The notes under the pieces were generated by a model. That model was not told the DNA's origin. It did not search any database and was given only the letters and a program-made list of their open reading frames with translations. The translations under genes and the position numbers were made by a program. From Octopus bimaculoides (lineage: Eukaryota): a stretch of 36,436 nt of DNA. Positions 22,540-33,878 of this stretch are shown one piece after another. Position 1 is the first letter of the stretch. Each line of letters begins with the position of its first letter. The DNA is taken from positions 121,497,922 through 121,534,357 of the forward strand of contig NC_068984.1 of NCBI RefSeq assembly GCF_001194135.2, read 5' to 3'.

Positions 22540-23300
22540 CTGAGGAGGGAGCCAGTTTCCAACAAAGATACAAGGATCCATCTTTGGGATGTAGTTAACA
22601 CAGACGAATTCACGTTTGGAACGTGAGAAAAGTCTTCCATACTTTTACTGTTCCACTCACAGATTGCATTTGTAATATACAAATTAGTCGGTCGAGTTCT
22701 CTTTCTGAAAATTCCAGTTTATCCAGATTCTCCTTTAAGCATTTACTAACAAAATCTAGTGCTCCAATTATTATTGGTATGAATATGAATTCATAGTCTG
22801 GATATAGAAGCTGGAGGTTTCGAAGCAGTTATCCATGGACATCCTCTTTTTCTTTGATTTTCAAAGAGATATTTAATCTGCAAGGCAGCTGACCTCTATG
22901 ATAGTACATATCTTTGCCCCTCTGTCCCAAACAACAATATCCAGCCTGTTATGTTTACATTTGATAGAAGTTTTGATGGGAATATTCTACCAGTATTCCT
23001 TGAGTTGGTGTTTATGAGTGGGATTTTTATTTCAGGACAGTCTTTTTTGCAGCTGGCATTGTAAATGTATGTATGTATGTATGTGTCGTACTTTATCATC
23101 TTATGCCTTTCCTTGCCTTGAGTTCTCTCAACTCCTTGATGGAGTCACAGGGGCATTATCATGGCATATAGCATATCTTGGACATTCTTAGACTGAGAGG
23201 AGCCCATCTTTCTCTAGACTTGACAACAGCTGATTTCTTCCAGAAGAGAAAAAGATAGGCAAACAGAAAGAGTGAAGGAAAGAAGAGAATGATCCCTGTA
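22540..23300 (-). mobile_element. R4/Dong-like non-LTR retrotransposon relic (restriction-like endonuclease C-terminus)
   Basis: Minus strand, with one frameshift and stops, reads EVSC.AD.NISLKIKEKEDVHG*LLRNLQLLYPDYEFIFIPIIIGAL, the E..K..KY...PIIIGALG pattern of REL-encoding clades. Confidence 0.6.
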
Positions 23301-23754
23301 GGAAGTTAGTTCTTTATTTATTGGTCTTGAAAGGGTGAAAGGCAAAGTTAACTTCAGCAATACCTAAACTCAGTGTGTAGAGAACCAGTACAATTACCAC
23401 AAAACAATCTATACATGCTCTAACACCTCAACCATTTAGGTGTCTTATGATCCTTCCTTGATTTAAAATGGTAAAATGTAATTTCAAGGAAATCTGGATG
23501 CTATTTCTAGTAGGTCAAGATACTATTTATAAGAAACCTTGTTGAACTTCAAGACCAGTTGACATATCAAAGTCCAACATATAAATACTTGAGGTTGTTT
23601 AAGAATGGAGTTATGAGCAATAAGGTTTTGCATGGCAACTAGATATGAGTAGATACTCATACTATCTTTGTGTAAATACTTAATTATATTTCAATCATGC
23701 GAAAGACGTCATACTATATAAATGAGACTATTCTGTTAAAAATAGTTGATTATT

Positions 23755-25145
23755 TCATCATCATCATCATTTAACGTCCGTTATCTATGCCGGCATGGGT
23801 TGGACAGTTTGACCAGGGCTGGCAAGCTGCTAGAATGCTGCACCAGATTCCAGTCTGTTTTGGCATGGTTTCTATGGTCGGGTGCCCTTCCTAATGCCAA
23901 CCACTCTGAGAGTGTAATGAGTGCTTTTACATTCCACTGGCACAGGTGCCATTTGCAGGACACTGGTATCTGTCACAACTGCAGTTTTACTTGGCTTGAT
24001 GGGTCTTCTTCACTCAATCATTGCCTCCGTGAAGCCCAATACTCAAAGCCTGGCATAATGCTAAATGGTCTCAGTCCTTGCCTCCATGAGGCCCAACGCT
24101 CAAACGGTGCTTTTACATGCCATCAGCACAGGTGCCATTTGTGCGACACTGGTATCCACCACAACTGTGATTTTACTTGGCTTAATGGAGCTTCTTCTCA
24201 AGCACAACATAATGCCAAAGGTCTCAGTCATTGCCTCTGTGAGGCCTAATATTTGAAAGGAGCTCAACCACTTTGCTTCCATGAGCTTCAATGCTTGAAA
24301 GGTGCTTTTTACGTGCCACCTACACAGGTGTTGGTTACGTGACACCAGCATCAGACACGACTGTGATTTCACTTGGCTTGATGGGTCTTCTCAAGCACAG
24401 CATATCACCAAAGCTCTGTCATTAGTCATTGTCTCTGTGAGACCCAAAGTTCAAAGATCATGTTTCCCTACCTTATCCCATGTTTTCCTGAGTCTACCTC
24501 TACCACAGTTAGGGATCAGCACTTCTTTACACAGCTGTCCTCATTCATACACATCACAAGATCATACCAGCACATTTGTCTCTCTTGCACACCACATCTG
24601 ATGCCTAACTTTTCTCTCAAGATGCTTACGCTCTGTCAAACATGCACATCCAGCAAAGCATACTGGCTTCATTTCTTTTAAGCCTACACATGTCCTTGGC
24701 TATCACAGCCCATGTTTCACTGCCATGTACACAGGCAACATACAATCTGACTTTCACTCTGAAAGAGAGGCCCTTTGTTGCCAGCAGATGCAGGAACTCT
24801 CTAAACTTTACCCAGCCTAATCTTATTCTGACAGTTATGCTCTCAGAGTAACCACCTCCGCTACTGACTTGGTCACCTAGGTAACAGAAGCTATCTACTG
24901 CCTCTAGCTTACCCCCATGGCAGTTGATGGAGTGTGTATTCTGTACATTTATGGTGTTTATTGTACCTGTACACCTACCACACACAAAGGCTATTTTCCC
25001 TGTTAACCTTCCTCTGATATTGCTGCACCTTTTATGTGTCCAAAGCTTACACTGAGTTTATCTTACAGAGTTACTACCTACACCTTTTCCACAGACTGAG
25101 CAGAGCCATCTACCCGAAGTGACTTGTGATTTGTCTGCCTTCCTA
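23755..25145 (-). mobile_element. RTE LINE fragment with RT C-terminus and internally triplicated 3'UTR
   Basis: ORF 24626-24985 reads CGRC...KLEAVDSFCYLGDQVSSGGG..ESI..RIRLGWVKFREFL, homologous to 6974-7372. Confidence 0.85.
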
Positions 25146-27043
25146 CTTACTAATGGTTTTTGCTACAGTTTTTTTTTTTAAGTCATTCAACAATGTTAAA
25201 GCCTAAACATTTATGCTATTTACAATTAAATAATATTGAATCATTATTTTCCTGCATCTGAATAATAACCAGCACAAATATTTTAGTAACTCTGTTTGAA
25301 GTCTACAAAACTCGGTGGAGGTGGTTGACTACAATGGAGTACTTCTCCCATATCTGGTATGTTGCTGCTGCTACAGATACAGACATCCAAGAATGTATCT
25401 TCACTGACAAGCATGATGCCGCTCACAAATACACTTCAACCTTTGGCCTACAGACATTGCTATTCTATGGTCCTTCTGCTCTTCAGAGCTAGCTGGTCAC
25501 ATACCACTGCCACTTAAGCAATTGTGACTCACTTGTCTCTCTCCATATTATGTTCATTACTACCCTTATACCCAGCCCTTCTTCTCCAGAATACCAGACC
25601 TGTAGATTTCTCGCTTGTAATCATTTAACTAGGATGTTAATGATATCAATCTCACTGGTCTTAGGTAGCTAGTGAAGGTCATAAGCACAGCCCTTTCCCT
25701 CAAACCAAACCAATTAAAAACCAAAGTTATATCCAAATCAAGCTTGAGAATTGTTAGAGATAGTTTCAAACTGATTCAAATTTAATAGCTATCAATATAT
25801 TAAAACAGTTATCAGTGTATCATACTTAATGTATACACATTATCAACAGACTAGTTACTACAGTATTTGTCCTGAGATAATGTCTCTTATTATCGGTTGG
25901 GTAACTCTGTATAGTGTTTATACATTAAGTATGAAACATAGATGGCTATTCTAATTAAATACTGCCTCAGTTGCTTACAGTGGATTTTTAATCAGCGGGG
26001 TAGCTATTTGCAATATCAGTGAATGTTTTACTCACTTTTTCCTATATCAGAGATGACAAATTCTTATCCAAGTATGTAGCTAGCTACGAGTACATGCCAC
26101 TGAAAAAGCCCCCAAAAGGGCCACAAATGAATCTGGATTAAATTTTGGGACAAATTTCATCTCTGTTATTTATTGTTTTTAACACTGCAAGTCCATAAGA
26201 GATGTTATCTCAGAGCAAATACTGCAGCAACAGGCCTATCACCAGTATGCATACATTAGTTATGATACATAGATGGCTATTTTAATTAAATACTGCCACA
26301 ATTGCATTTATTGAACAATCAATAAACATATAGTTATAGATTGAAAGTATCTATAACATTAATATAATAATGTTCCTAATATGACCTGTATATTTATTGC
26401 AGATATATTTCAAAGAATTAGGAGTGAAAATAATTATAATTACAACCCTGATTTGAAATAATTATAATTACAACCCATGTCCAACCCATGCCAGTATGGA
26501 AAACAGACGTTAAATTATGATGATGATGATGATATACTAGCATTTAATAAAATCAGTCTTCTTTGACAATATTTCTTCAATTCTTTTTTTCTCATTGATT
26601 GTTGCAAAAGCAAAAATCTTTAAAATAGTCTTTGAAAACTTGCCTATTGTCAAACTACAAAATTCCAATAATTCTTACTATTGTTAAATTATTAAACTAT
26701 AACATTAAGTGCACTAGTGAGTGGTTTATGTTTCATAACAATAACTTTATAGAGACATTTAATTCATAAAATTAATGTCAAAAATAATAATAATAACTGT
26801 GAAGCTGTAGAAATTGCACAGCAATATGCAAATAACTATATTAGTAAAAATCATCCCATCTGAAAAATGAATGTAAAACAACAAATGATTTTTCAAAAGA
26901 GAAATAAAAATAAAATTAAAAAAGACACCGATTTGACAAGAATATAATAATTTACTGGCAACAGTTAAAATATTGTTTTTAACACCGCAATGATTTTAAT
27001 CTACAATAGAAAGAAAAATGAAATAATTCACAGATGCTTTTGA

Positions 27044-27178
27044 TCAAGAAGAGGTATTTTCCTGAGATGGTTGTGTTTCAAGATGGCTGAATACATCTCT
27101 GTTGATGTAGGGTTGCAGTAAAGTGTGCAAATATTTCAGCTGCCGAAATTTGGAGTATTGTAACATGGCATAATGGAC
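27044..27178 (-). CDS. FASTK-domain protein terminal coding exon (VHYAMLQYSKFRQLKYLHTLLQPYINRDVFSHLETQPSQENTSS*)
   Basis: Strong acceptor TTTATTTCTTTTTCTACTCTAG, phase 0. Continues the RAP domain after LGYKVIK. TGA at 27046-27044. Confidence 0.75.
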   Translation of the reverse strand, partial: VHYAMLQYSKFRQLKYLHTLLQPYINRDVFSHLETQPSQENTSS

Positions 27179-27349
27179 CTAGAGTAGAAAAAGAAATAAA
27201 AATCAATAAAACTGCAATTTCAGTTTCTGTTTTCAGTTAATTCAGAGTCAAGGTTTTTAGAAAGAGCATGAAGACCACAATTTCTCTGCCTATGTAACTC
27301 GGAATTAGAGATAATATAATAAATAAATAAATATATTAATATTAAGTTG

Positions 27350-28162
27350 ATGAGCAGCATTTTGTCCATTTTTGCTTTCTAAGTTCAAATTCTGTCAAGG
27401 TTGACTTTGCCTTCCATCATTTCAGGGTCAATAAAATGAGCACCAGTCAAGTAACTGACTTGCCCCTTATCACCTCTCAAAAACTGCTGGCCCTGTGCCA
27501 AAATTTGAAATCAATCACTATTTTTACTATTAGCCTTTTAGTATTTAAACCAGCTATTTCCAGCCAAAATATTCTCAGTTTTGTGTTCAAAATGGCCAGA
27601 TCCAGCCTTTCACATTTATCCTACAATGTCATTCAAAAAATAAACAATCACACCAAAATCTCAAAGCTACGAGATGATAAATGATTAATTAAAAATAATG
27701 TGAATAAATAAGCATTACATTTGACAGAGTAATCTGAATGCTAAAGGGTTAAGGTGATGAGTTGGCAGACACATTAGCATGCCAAAACAAGTGCTTAGGA
27801 GCATCTCTTCCAGCTTTATGTTCTGAGGTCAAATTCCGCCAAGGTCAACTTTGCCTTTCATCCTTTCAGAGATGATAAAATAAATACCAGTTTGGAACAG
27901 GAGTCAATCTAATCAAAAAGTTTCAGGCCTTGTGTGTATAGTAGAAAGGATTATTATTATCATTATGAGCTGGCAGAATCATTAGCATGCTGGGCAAAAT
28001 GCCTAGCAGCATTTCACCCATCTTTACATTCTGAGTTCAAATGCCACCGAGGTCAACTTTGGAGGTCAATAAATTAAGTACCAGTCAAGTACTGAAGTCA
28101 ATGTGATCAACTTTCCCCATCCCCCAAAATTTCAGGCCTTGTGCCTATAGGAGGAAGGATTA
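27350..28162 (+). mobile_element. Cluster of SINE family B copies (about 27350-27520, 27757-27955, 27966-28162) and a TTAA-type MITE (27530-27752)
   Basis: SINE body matches the 21449 family. The MITE ends TGAATGCTAAAGGGTTAA. Confidence 0.7.
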
Positions 28163-28538
28163 TTATCTCCGCCTTAGTGAAAGCGGAGGTATTGTTTTCG
28201 GATGTGTTTGTTTCTTTGTTTGTCTGTGGACAAGATATCTCAAGAACTACTGGACGGATTCAGATGAAACTTTCAGGGATATTTGGCTTCGTGACTGGCA
28301 CGAACTGATTAGATTTTGGGATCGATCTGGTACCGGACAAGGATTCTGGATTATTTTTCCGTTTTTTTTTTTTTTTTTCACTTAATTTTTGAGAGCGGTC
28401 AGGTTCATTTTTAGTATTCTCGTTTGTGAGAGCAGTCAAGTTTATTTCTGATATTCTCATTTTAAAAATCATCTCCAGCTAATCATTGAGAGGACATTGG
28501 TGTTGCCTTGGCAGAGGTAGGCGCTCTCTGAGTGCTCT
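28163..28538 (+). mobile_element. Helentron-associated non-autonomous element (HINE / DINE-1-like)
   Basis: TT termini, 5' CTCCGC..GCGGAG short inverted repeat, GTTT microsatellite, 3' partner GGCAGAG and terminal hairpin GCGCTCTCTGAGTGC. This is the established DINE/HINE architecture. Confidence 0.7.
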
Positions 28539-29606
28539 TATTATTATTATTGCATATTCATATTAGTTTCTCTGTTATTATGAAATGGCAAGATATATAA
28601 AGTTCTTTTGGATAAGGTTGAAAATATGATCATTCTCACAGTAACCATCCAGTCTTTCAGACATAGTTTCTGAAATATGCCCATCAATTCAATGTGATAT
28701 GATCTGAAAGAGATTTTGACTATTTCATTTATGTAAATGAAAACCTGTTGCCCAAACACTCAAAATTTGAAAAGAATCCCTCAAAATTGTCAAAAGTTCC
28801 TTTTCCGTGATTTTCTAGCATGGATGGAATGTGATATAAATAAAGAAAAGAAAATAAATAAATTATAATCAGTTAAAGTAGAGGGAACCATACAATTAAG
28901 AAGGTAAATCCACCATTTGTATTTTGCTGAAGTGGCCATGACTGCATTTCCTACATATAACACTAAAGTTATCAAAATAGCTTTAAAAAAATCAATCAGT
29001 CTATTTAGATACCAGAACTATTACACAGAAGGCTGATCAATATTAAATAGGACATGTTTCTAAAAAAAGCAGAAAAACAATTTATCTTCTCTGTTGTAAC
29101 AGCTGATCAATGAAAATAATATACATTCCCATAGTGCATAATGTAATATCATTCACTGACTGACATTATAGTTTGGGTCAATAAACTACTATTTTAACCA
29201 CTAAACCAGTTTATTATATAGTTCTCATTACTATTGTATAAACTAGTAAAATCTTTGTTGTTGTTGTTCAGCCTAGTGACTGTAAGCTAATGAGAGGGTG
29301 TCTCTGAAGCTGTTAAATTAGTTTAGTTATTTGGTTATATTTTCAAAGGCATAATTACCACTCTTTAGTGTTATATTTAGGAAGTGCAATCATTGCTATT
29401 TCAGCACAGGACTAAAGCTGGTTCTACCTACCTAATTGTAGGTTTCCAATCAGCTTCACCAGATTTATTCAATTACTTAATTATTTATTTTGATTATTTA
29501 TTTATTTTACTTATCCATTTTCCAAACCATGATCATCTGAGGAAAAACGGATCTCTTTTTATAATTTTGAAGGATCCTTTTCATATTTGGGTATTAGTAT
29601 ATTAAT

Positions 29607-29780
29607 GTAATATTCATAGCCACTTTAACATGGCTGCCTGTTCGAGCAGACTCTACTGTGATTTATCAGAGGCAAGCTGTGCATCATTAACCAGCTAGAG
29701 GAGATATTCTCTTAGGGTTAAAAAATCGCAGTAGAGTCTGCTTGAACAGACAGCCATGTTGAAGTGGCTACAAGTATTAC
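29607..29780. repeat. 174-bp fold-back (58-bp arms, 51/58 identical; 58-nt spacer)
   Basis: 29607-29664 versus the reverse complement of 29723-29780. Confidence 0.85.
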
Positions 29781-30295
29781 TTGTCAGTACAACTACTGCA
29801 CTGATCTCTTAAAGAGATTTTAGAACTAATATTTTGTTTGTATTTATGTAATTTTTCAGTCATTTTCCTGTAAAGCAATAAAAATGAAATGAGTCATGTA
29901 AGTCAATGATTAAAACCTGCTAGAATTAGCAACAAAATCTCTTTCAAATCTCATCTACTATCATTAGAAAGAGAAACATAACAGTATATTCAAGAAACTG
30001 TGTCTGAAAGAGAGGATAATTACTGGGAGAACGACCACATTATTATCAATATCAGAAAGAACAGATCTCTTCAGCTCATAAAATATGTTATGTCTGTTTA
30101 GACAATATAACAGAGAAAGATATGTCCACTCATATTACAATCACTTAGGGTGTGAAGCTGGCACAATAGTTAGCACAATGGGAAAAATACATAATGGTAT
30201 TTTATCTGTCACCCTTACTTCTGACTGAAACAAAGACAATCACATTAGCAACCATCTTCATGACCTTGAATTCATCTCCCTTCTTAGGAGATGAA

Positions 30296-30302
30296 TATAT
30301 AT

Positions 30303-30358
<56 letters not shown>
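30296..30358. repeat. (TA)n microsatellite next to a FASTKD splice donor
   Basis: Read directly from the sequence. Confidence 0.95.
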
Positions 30359-30359
<1 letters not shown>

Positions 30360-30375
30360 AACACTTGTTTCTTAC

Positions 30376-30490
30376 CTTGATAACTTTGTAACCAAGTAGT
30401 TTAAGATGCCGTACTTTCATTGTTTGTTCACCCAGTAGTATGTTTGTATTGACACAATAATGCTCTGGTTGATGAAGAATGACAGCAAGT
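30376..30490 (-). CDS. FASTK-domain protein RAP-domain exon ((R)LAVILHQPEHYCVNTNILLGEQTMKVRHLKLLGYKVIK)
   Basis: TTTTCAG acceptor and GTAAGA donor; 115 nt. LLG...MK.RHL.LLGY.V is the RAP signature. Closest to recalled FASTKD3/FASTKD1; paralog not resolved. Confidence 0.9.
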
Positions 30491-30866
30491 CTGAAAATGT
30501 AAATTTTCATATAGATAACTTTGATTATTTGTCCTTATGCTTTCACTTTTATTTTCACATATGTTTACTTTTTTGTTGTATTAATGTAATGCATGGGTCA
30601 GACAAATTTTACTAAGGCAGATTTTCTACACCTAAATGCCCTTCCTGCCACCAGCTTTCATCTGTCTCCAGGTCGGGCAATATTTCTCCATGGCCAGACA
30701 TATTTTTCATGGAAGAGTCGAAATGAATGTTGTAATTCATTTATAACATTTTACATCAAAATTTTCAAATTATATGAATACTCATGTGTGAATGATCTAA
30801 ATGTGTTAAAATTCTACCATTATTGCTTGGAAAGGATGAGAGAGGAGGATTAATAAGTAACTGGCC

Positions 30867-31081
30867 TTAACCGTTTAGCATTCAGAATGCTCCATGAAAT
30901 GTAATGCCAATTTACTCACATTGTTTTCAGTTAATCATGCATTACTTTGCAGTTTTGAGATTTCAAAAATGTGTTTGTTTATGTAGGGTAGGTGTGAGAA
31001 GTTAAATCTGGCAGGTTTGAACATAAAACATATAAAATATTTTGGGCCAGACATGGCCAGCTTAAATGCTAAAGAAGTTTA
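30867..31081 (-). mobile_element. TTAA-type MITE, inverted homolog of 27530-27752
   Basis: Begins TTAACCGTTTAGCATTCAGA. Its reverse complement aligns along the 27530 copy. Confidence 0.65.
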
Positions 31082-31856
31082 GAAACAAGTTTTTCATTAG
31101 TTTTGGAAAATAAAATATCTTCATGATATTGAGAGGTAATAGTTACCCCCACTTAGACATGGATGTTCTGTTAGAACACAGTAGATACCACGTGGTATAA
31201 CACAGTAGATACCATGAAAGAAACTCTCATATTTGTTATTGGTGCAAAATGCAATCATGTTTATATCACTAGTGGGGAGATAAATCCCTGCCACCTTCAG
31301 TGCTAAGACCACCAAATCATGTGATTACAACCTTCATTGATCCTGTCAATGATGGATGCTCAACTGCAAGAGGTAGCAGCAACTCATTTTCCACCAGCGA
31401 TATATAGAAAAACAGTGCTAGAACATGCACTGATGTTGTGAGATGGTTAAAAAATATATATAAGCGACAGAGGCAGTATCAATACTGAAAGGTAATATTC
31501 ATCCCTATTTAAACGTGGATGTTCTGTTAGAACAAACTATACTGTGGTAGATAGCATGAGAGAAACTCTTATTTTGGCTTCTGGTGTAAAATGCACTCAT
31601 ATTTATATCTCTAGCAGGGAGATAAATTCCTGTCACCTCCAGTGCTGAGAGAGATCTCGATACCTGGCTACATCTGCTCTGTCTAATGTAAAGCAAAAGC
31701 CTTTTCAAATTTTATATATTTCATTCATAAATAGGATTTTCTGCTATTCATTTATTTGTTTCAATGACTGAAAGATAAAAGATATGCTAACATTCTCGTT
31801 CAACAACATGGCATATAATTTAGAATACTACTAAAGTAATTAAACAAAATTGTTAC

Positions 31857-31929
31857 CTTGAATGAACATTCTGATGTGAAGCACCAACTGAGAGTGGAAG
31901 TTGTTCAGAATCAAGTGAGATTTCAAAAT
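31857..31929 (-). CDS. FASTK-domain protein exon ((D)FEISLDSEQLPLSVGASHQNVHS(R))
   Basis: TTTTTCTTGTATTTCAG acceptor and GTAACA donor; 73 nt, phases 1/2 fit. Forms the YTID-FEI.LD motif with the upstream exon. Confidence 0.85.
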
Positions 31930-32087
31930 CTGAAATACAAGAAAAAGTATTAATATTCTAAGAAAATTAAATATTGTATATATTTAGAGACGAAAATAAA
32001 ATTAATACATTTATTTGTGAAAAAACATTTTAGAAATTTCCAACAGGATGCAATCAGTTATGCAGTTGAAAGTGATTGATGTCCATA

Positions 32088-32365
32088 ATCATCGTTTAAC
32101 GTCCGTTTTCCATGCTGGCATGGGTTGGACAGTTTGAGTGGGGACCGGCAAGCCAGGAGGCCACACCAGACTCCAATCTGATTTGGCAATGTTTCAACAG
32201 CTGGATGCTCTTCCTAATGCCAACCACTCTAAGAGTGTAGTGGGTGCTTTTTACATTCCTCCGGCACGGGAGCCAGTCAGGCAGCACTGGCATCAGCCAC
32301 GTTCAGATGGTTCTTTTTACATGCCACCTGCACAGGGAGCCAGTCAGGCAGCCCTAACTGCATAA
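32088..32365 (-). mobile_element. RTE LINE 3' end
   Basis: ATCATCGTTTAACGTCCGTTTTCCATGC start, identical in type to the 2165 copy. Confidence 0.75.
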
Positions 32366-33399
32366 AACATATAGAGAATGAACAAGTGTTTTATTAGGGA
32401 TCTGGTGATGGTGGTTCCTTGTCATGGTGGAAGGCTTGCATGGACTCTGAGTCATCGTAATCTAATACTTCTGTTTGGACTACACATAGTAGTAAGGTTG
32501 AAAAAAAGAACCTAAAGTGAACACAAGCAACCTCACTTCAAGACCTCAATGGCAGAACAAGTGACTGCAGATAACATTAATAATGGAGAAGGACAATATT
32601 AGATAGATTGGTTAAGAAGGCACCACTCAAGACTAAGTCGGTGGTAGTTTGTTATAATTTCATCACCTGATGCTGCCAGTCTCATTCTACATGCACTTCA
32701 GAGGATGGCTCACCAGCGTATAGGTCACTCCCTAACAAGTTGAAATCTACTATAAACACATCCATACCCTTGGCATTTTTTCCTGCCGATATTTCTTTCA
32801 TCAAGGAGAAATTGAATTTCTCAGACATGAGAAACAGCTGCCACAGAAAATGACAAAAAATTTTGTCTTGTACTGGATTGGCCTGAATAAAAAGATAATG
32901 CCTATGGATTTCTCAGGCCCTCTAAGATCAGTCAGATCAATGCAGTTAAAATCCCGCTTGAACAGCTGTAGGAAAAACATGGACAGGAAGAGAATCTAGA
33001 GGGCCAACATTCTGAAGAGGAAAGACTTGGTATAAACGTTAGTGCAAGGCCTGAAGCGGTACTGAGGTTGGATACAGCATGTGTTCATCAACTTCTAACC
33101 CCATTAGTAACCATCACATTCATATGAGCTTATCCATCCACCCTTCCTGCTCTTCAGTCCATATTCTCTCTTATATTCACCTTTCTATATCTTGAGAGTA
33201 CTCTCTAACATCTTATCACCAACACCTTTATCTTCTTTCAAACTACTCCCACCTACTTTTATATAATATGCGGTAACCATGTATTTCTTCTATAGCAAAA
33301 TAAATGTACATCTTTCTCTATCATACTTTAGCATCTCAACACATGGCATAAAGCCACCACTATCTCTACTACAACCCCACCCAGCAGTCGAGGAGGTTT

Positions 33400-33613
33400 C
33401 TTTTCTCTCTACCTTGCAAGTTACTTGACAACTTCATTCGTGCTGGTGTTATGAAAAAATACCAAGTACAATCTAGAAAGTGGCTGGCATTAGGAAAGGT
33501 ATCCAACCACAGAAACCATGCCAAAGCAGACACTAAAGATTGATACAGAACTCTGGCTTGTTGGATGCTGTTAAACTCTTCTGTCATGCCAGCATGGAAA
33601 ACATGTGATGATG
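33400..33613 (+). mobile_element. RTE LINE 3' end (opposite orientation)
   Basis: Ends CATGCCAGCATGGAAAACATGTGATGATG. Confidence 0.65.
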
Positions 33614-33767
33614 GCACACATGTACATATATATAAGTTAAGTATATTTCAAGTTGCAATGCAAGATTATGCTTTATAATTTTGAAGAAATCAAACAATCA
33701 GTCGGCCCTAACACTTTGACATTATACTTTCATTAGACTAAAATTTGATACATAAAGAGATACAAAC

Positions 33768-33878
33768 CAATCGTGTATATTGATTTCACAGCTAATTTTG
33801 TAGTCTCTATTTTCTCAAGACCAATGATATGATTGAGATTTTTCAAAACTTTTCGATGGAGAACTGTAGTTGGCATAC
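33768..33878 (-). CDS. FASTK-domain protein exon (MPTTVLHRKVLKNLNHIIGLEKIETTKLAVKSIYTI(D)); absent from the ORF track
   Basis: TTTCTTCTTTTTCATTCAG acceptor and GTTTGT donor; 111 nt, phase 1/1. FAST_2-type V...L..I.G.......YTID pattern. Confidence 0.8.

Noticed and set aside
26427-26477. 21-bp direct repeat AAATAATTATAATTACAACCC
   Set aside because: A low-complexity local duplication next to a short RTE tail, with too little between the copies to be a TSD-bounded element.
28790-28975. ORF as an extra FASTKD exon
   Set aside because: No RAP similarity, and the 30376-to-27178 join already completes the domain in frame.
32400-33080. Possible RTE 5'UTR and RT remnants
   Set aside because: Only faint motifs (CCTTGTCATGGTGGAAGGCTTGC; LYWIGL) are visible, too decayed to delimit or call with confidence.
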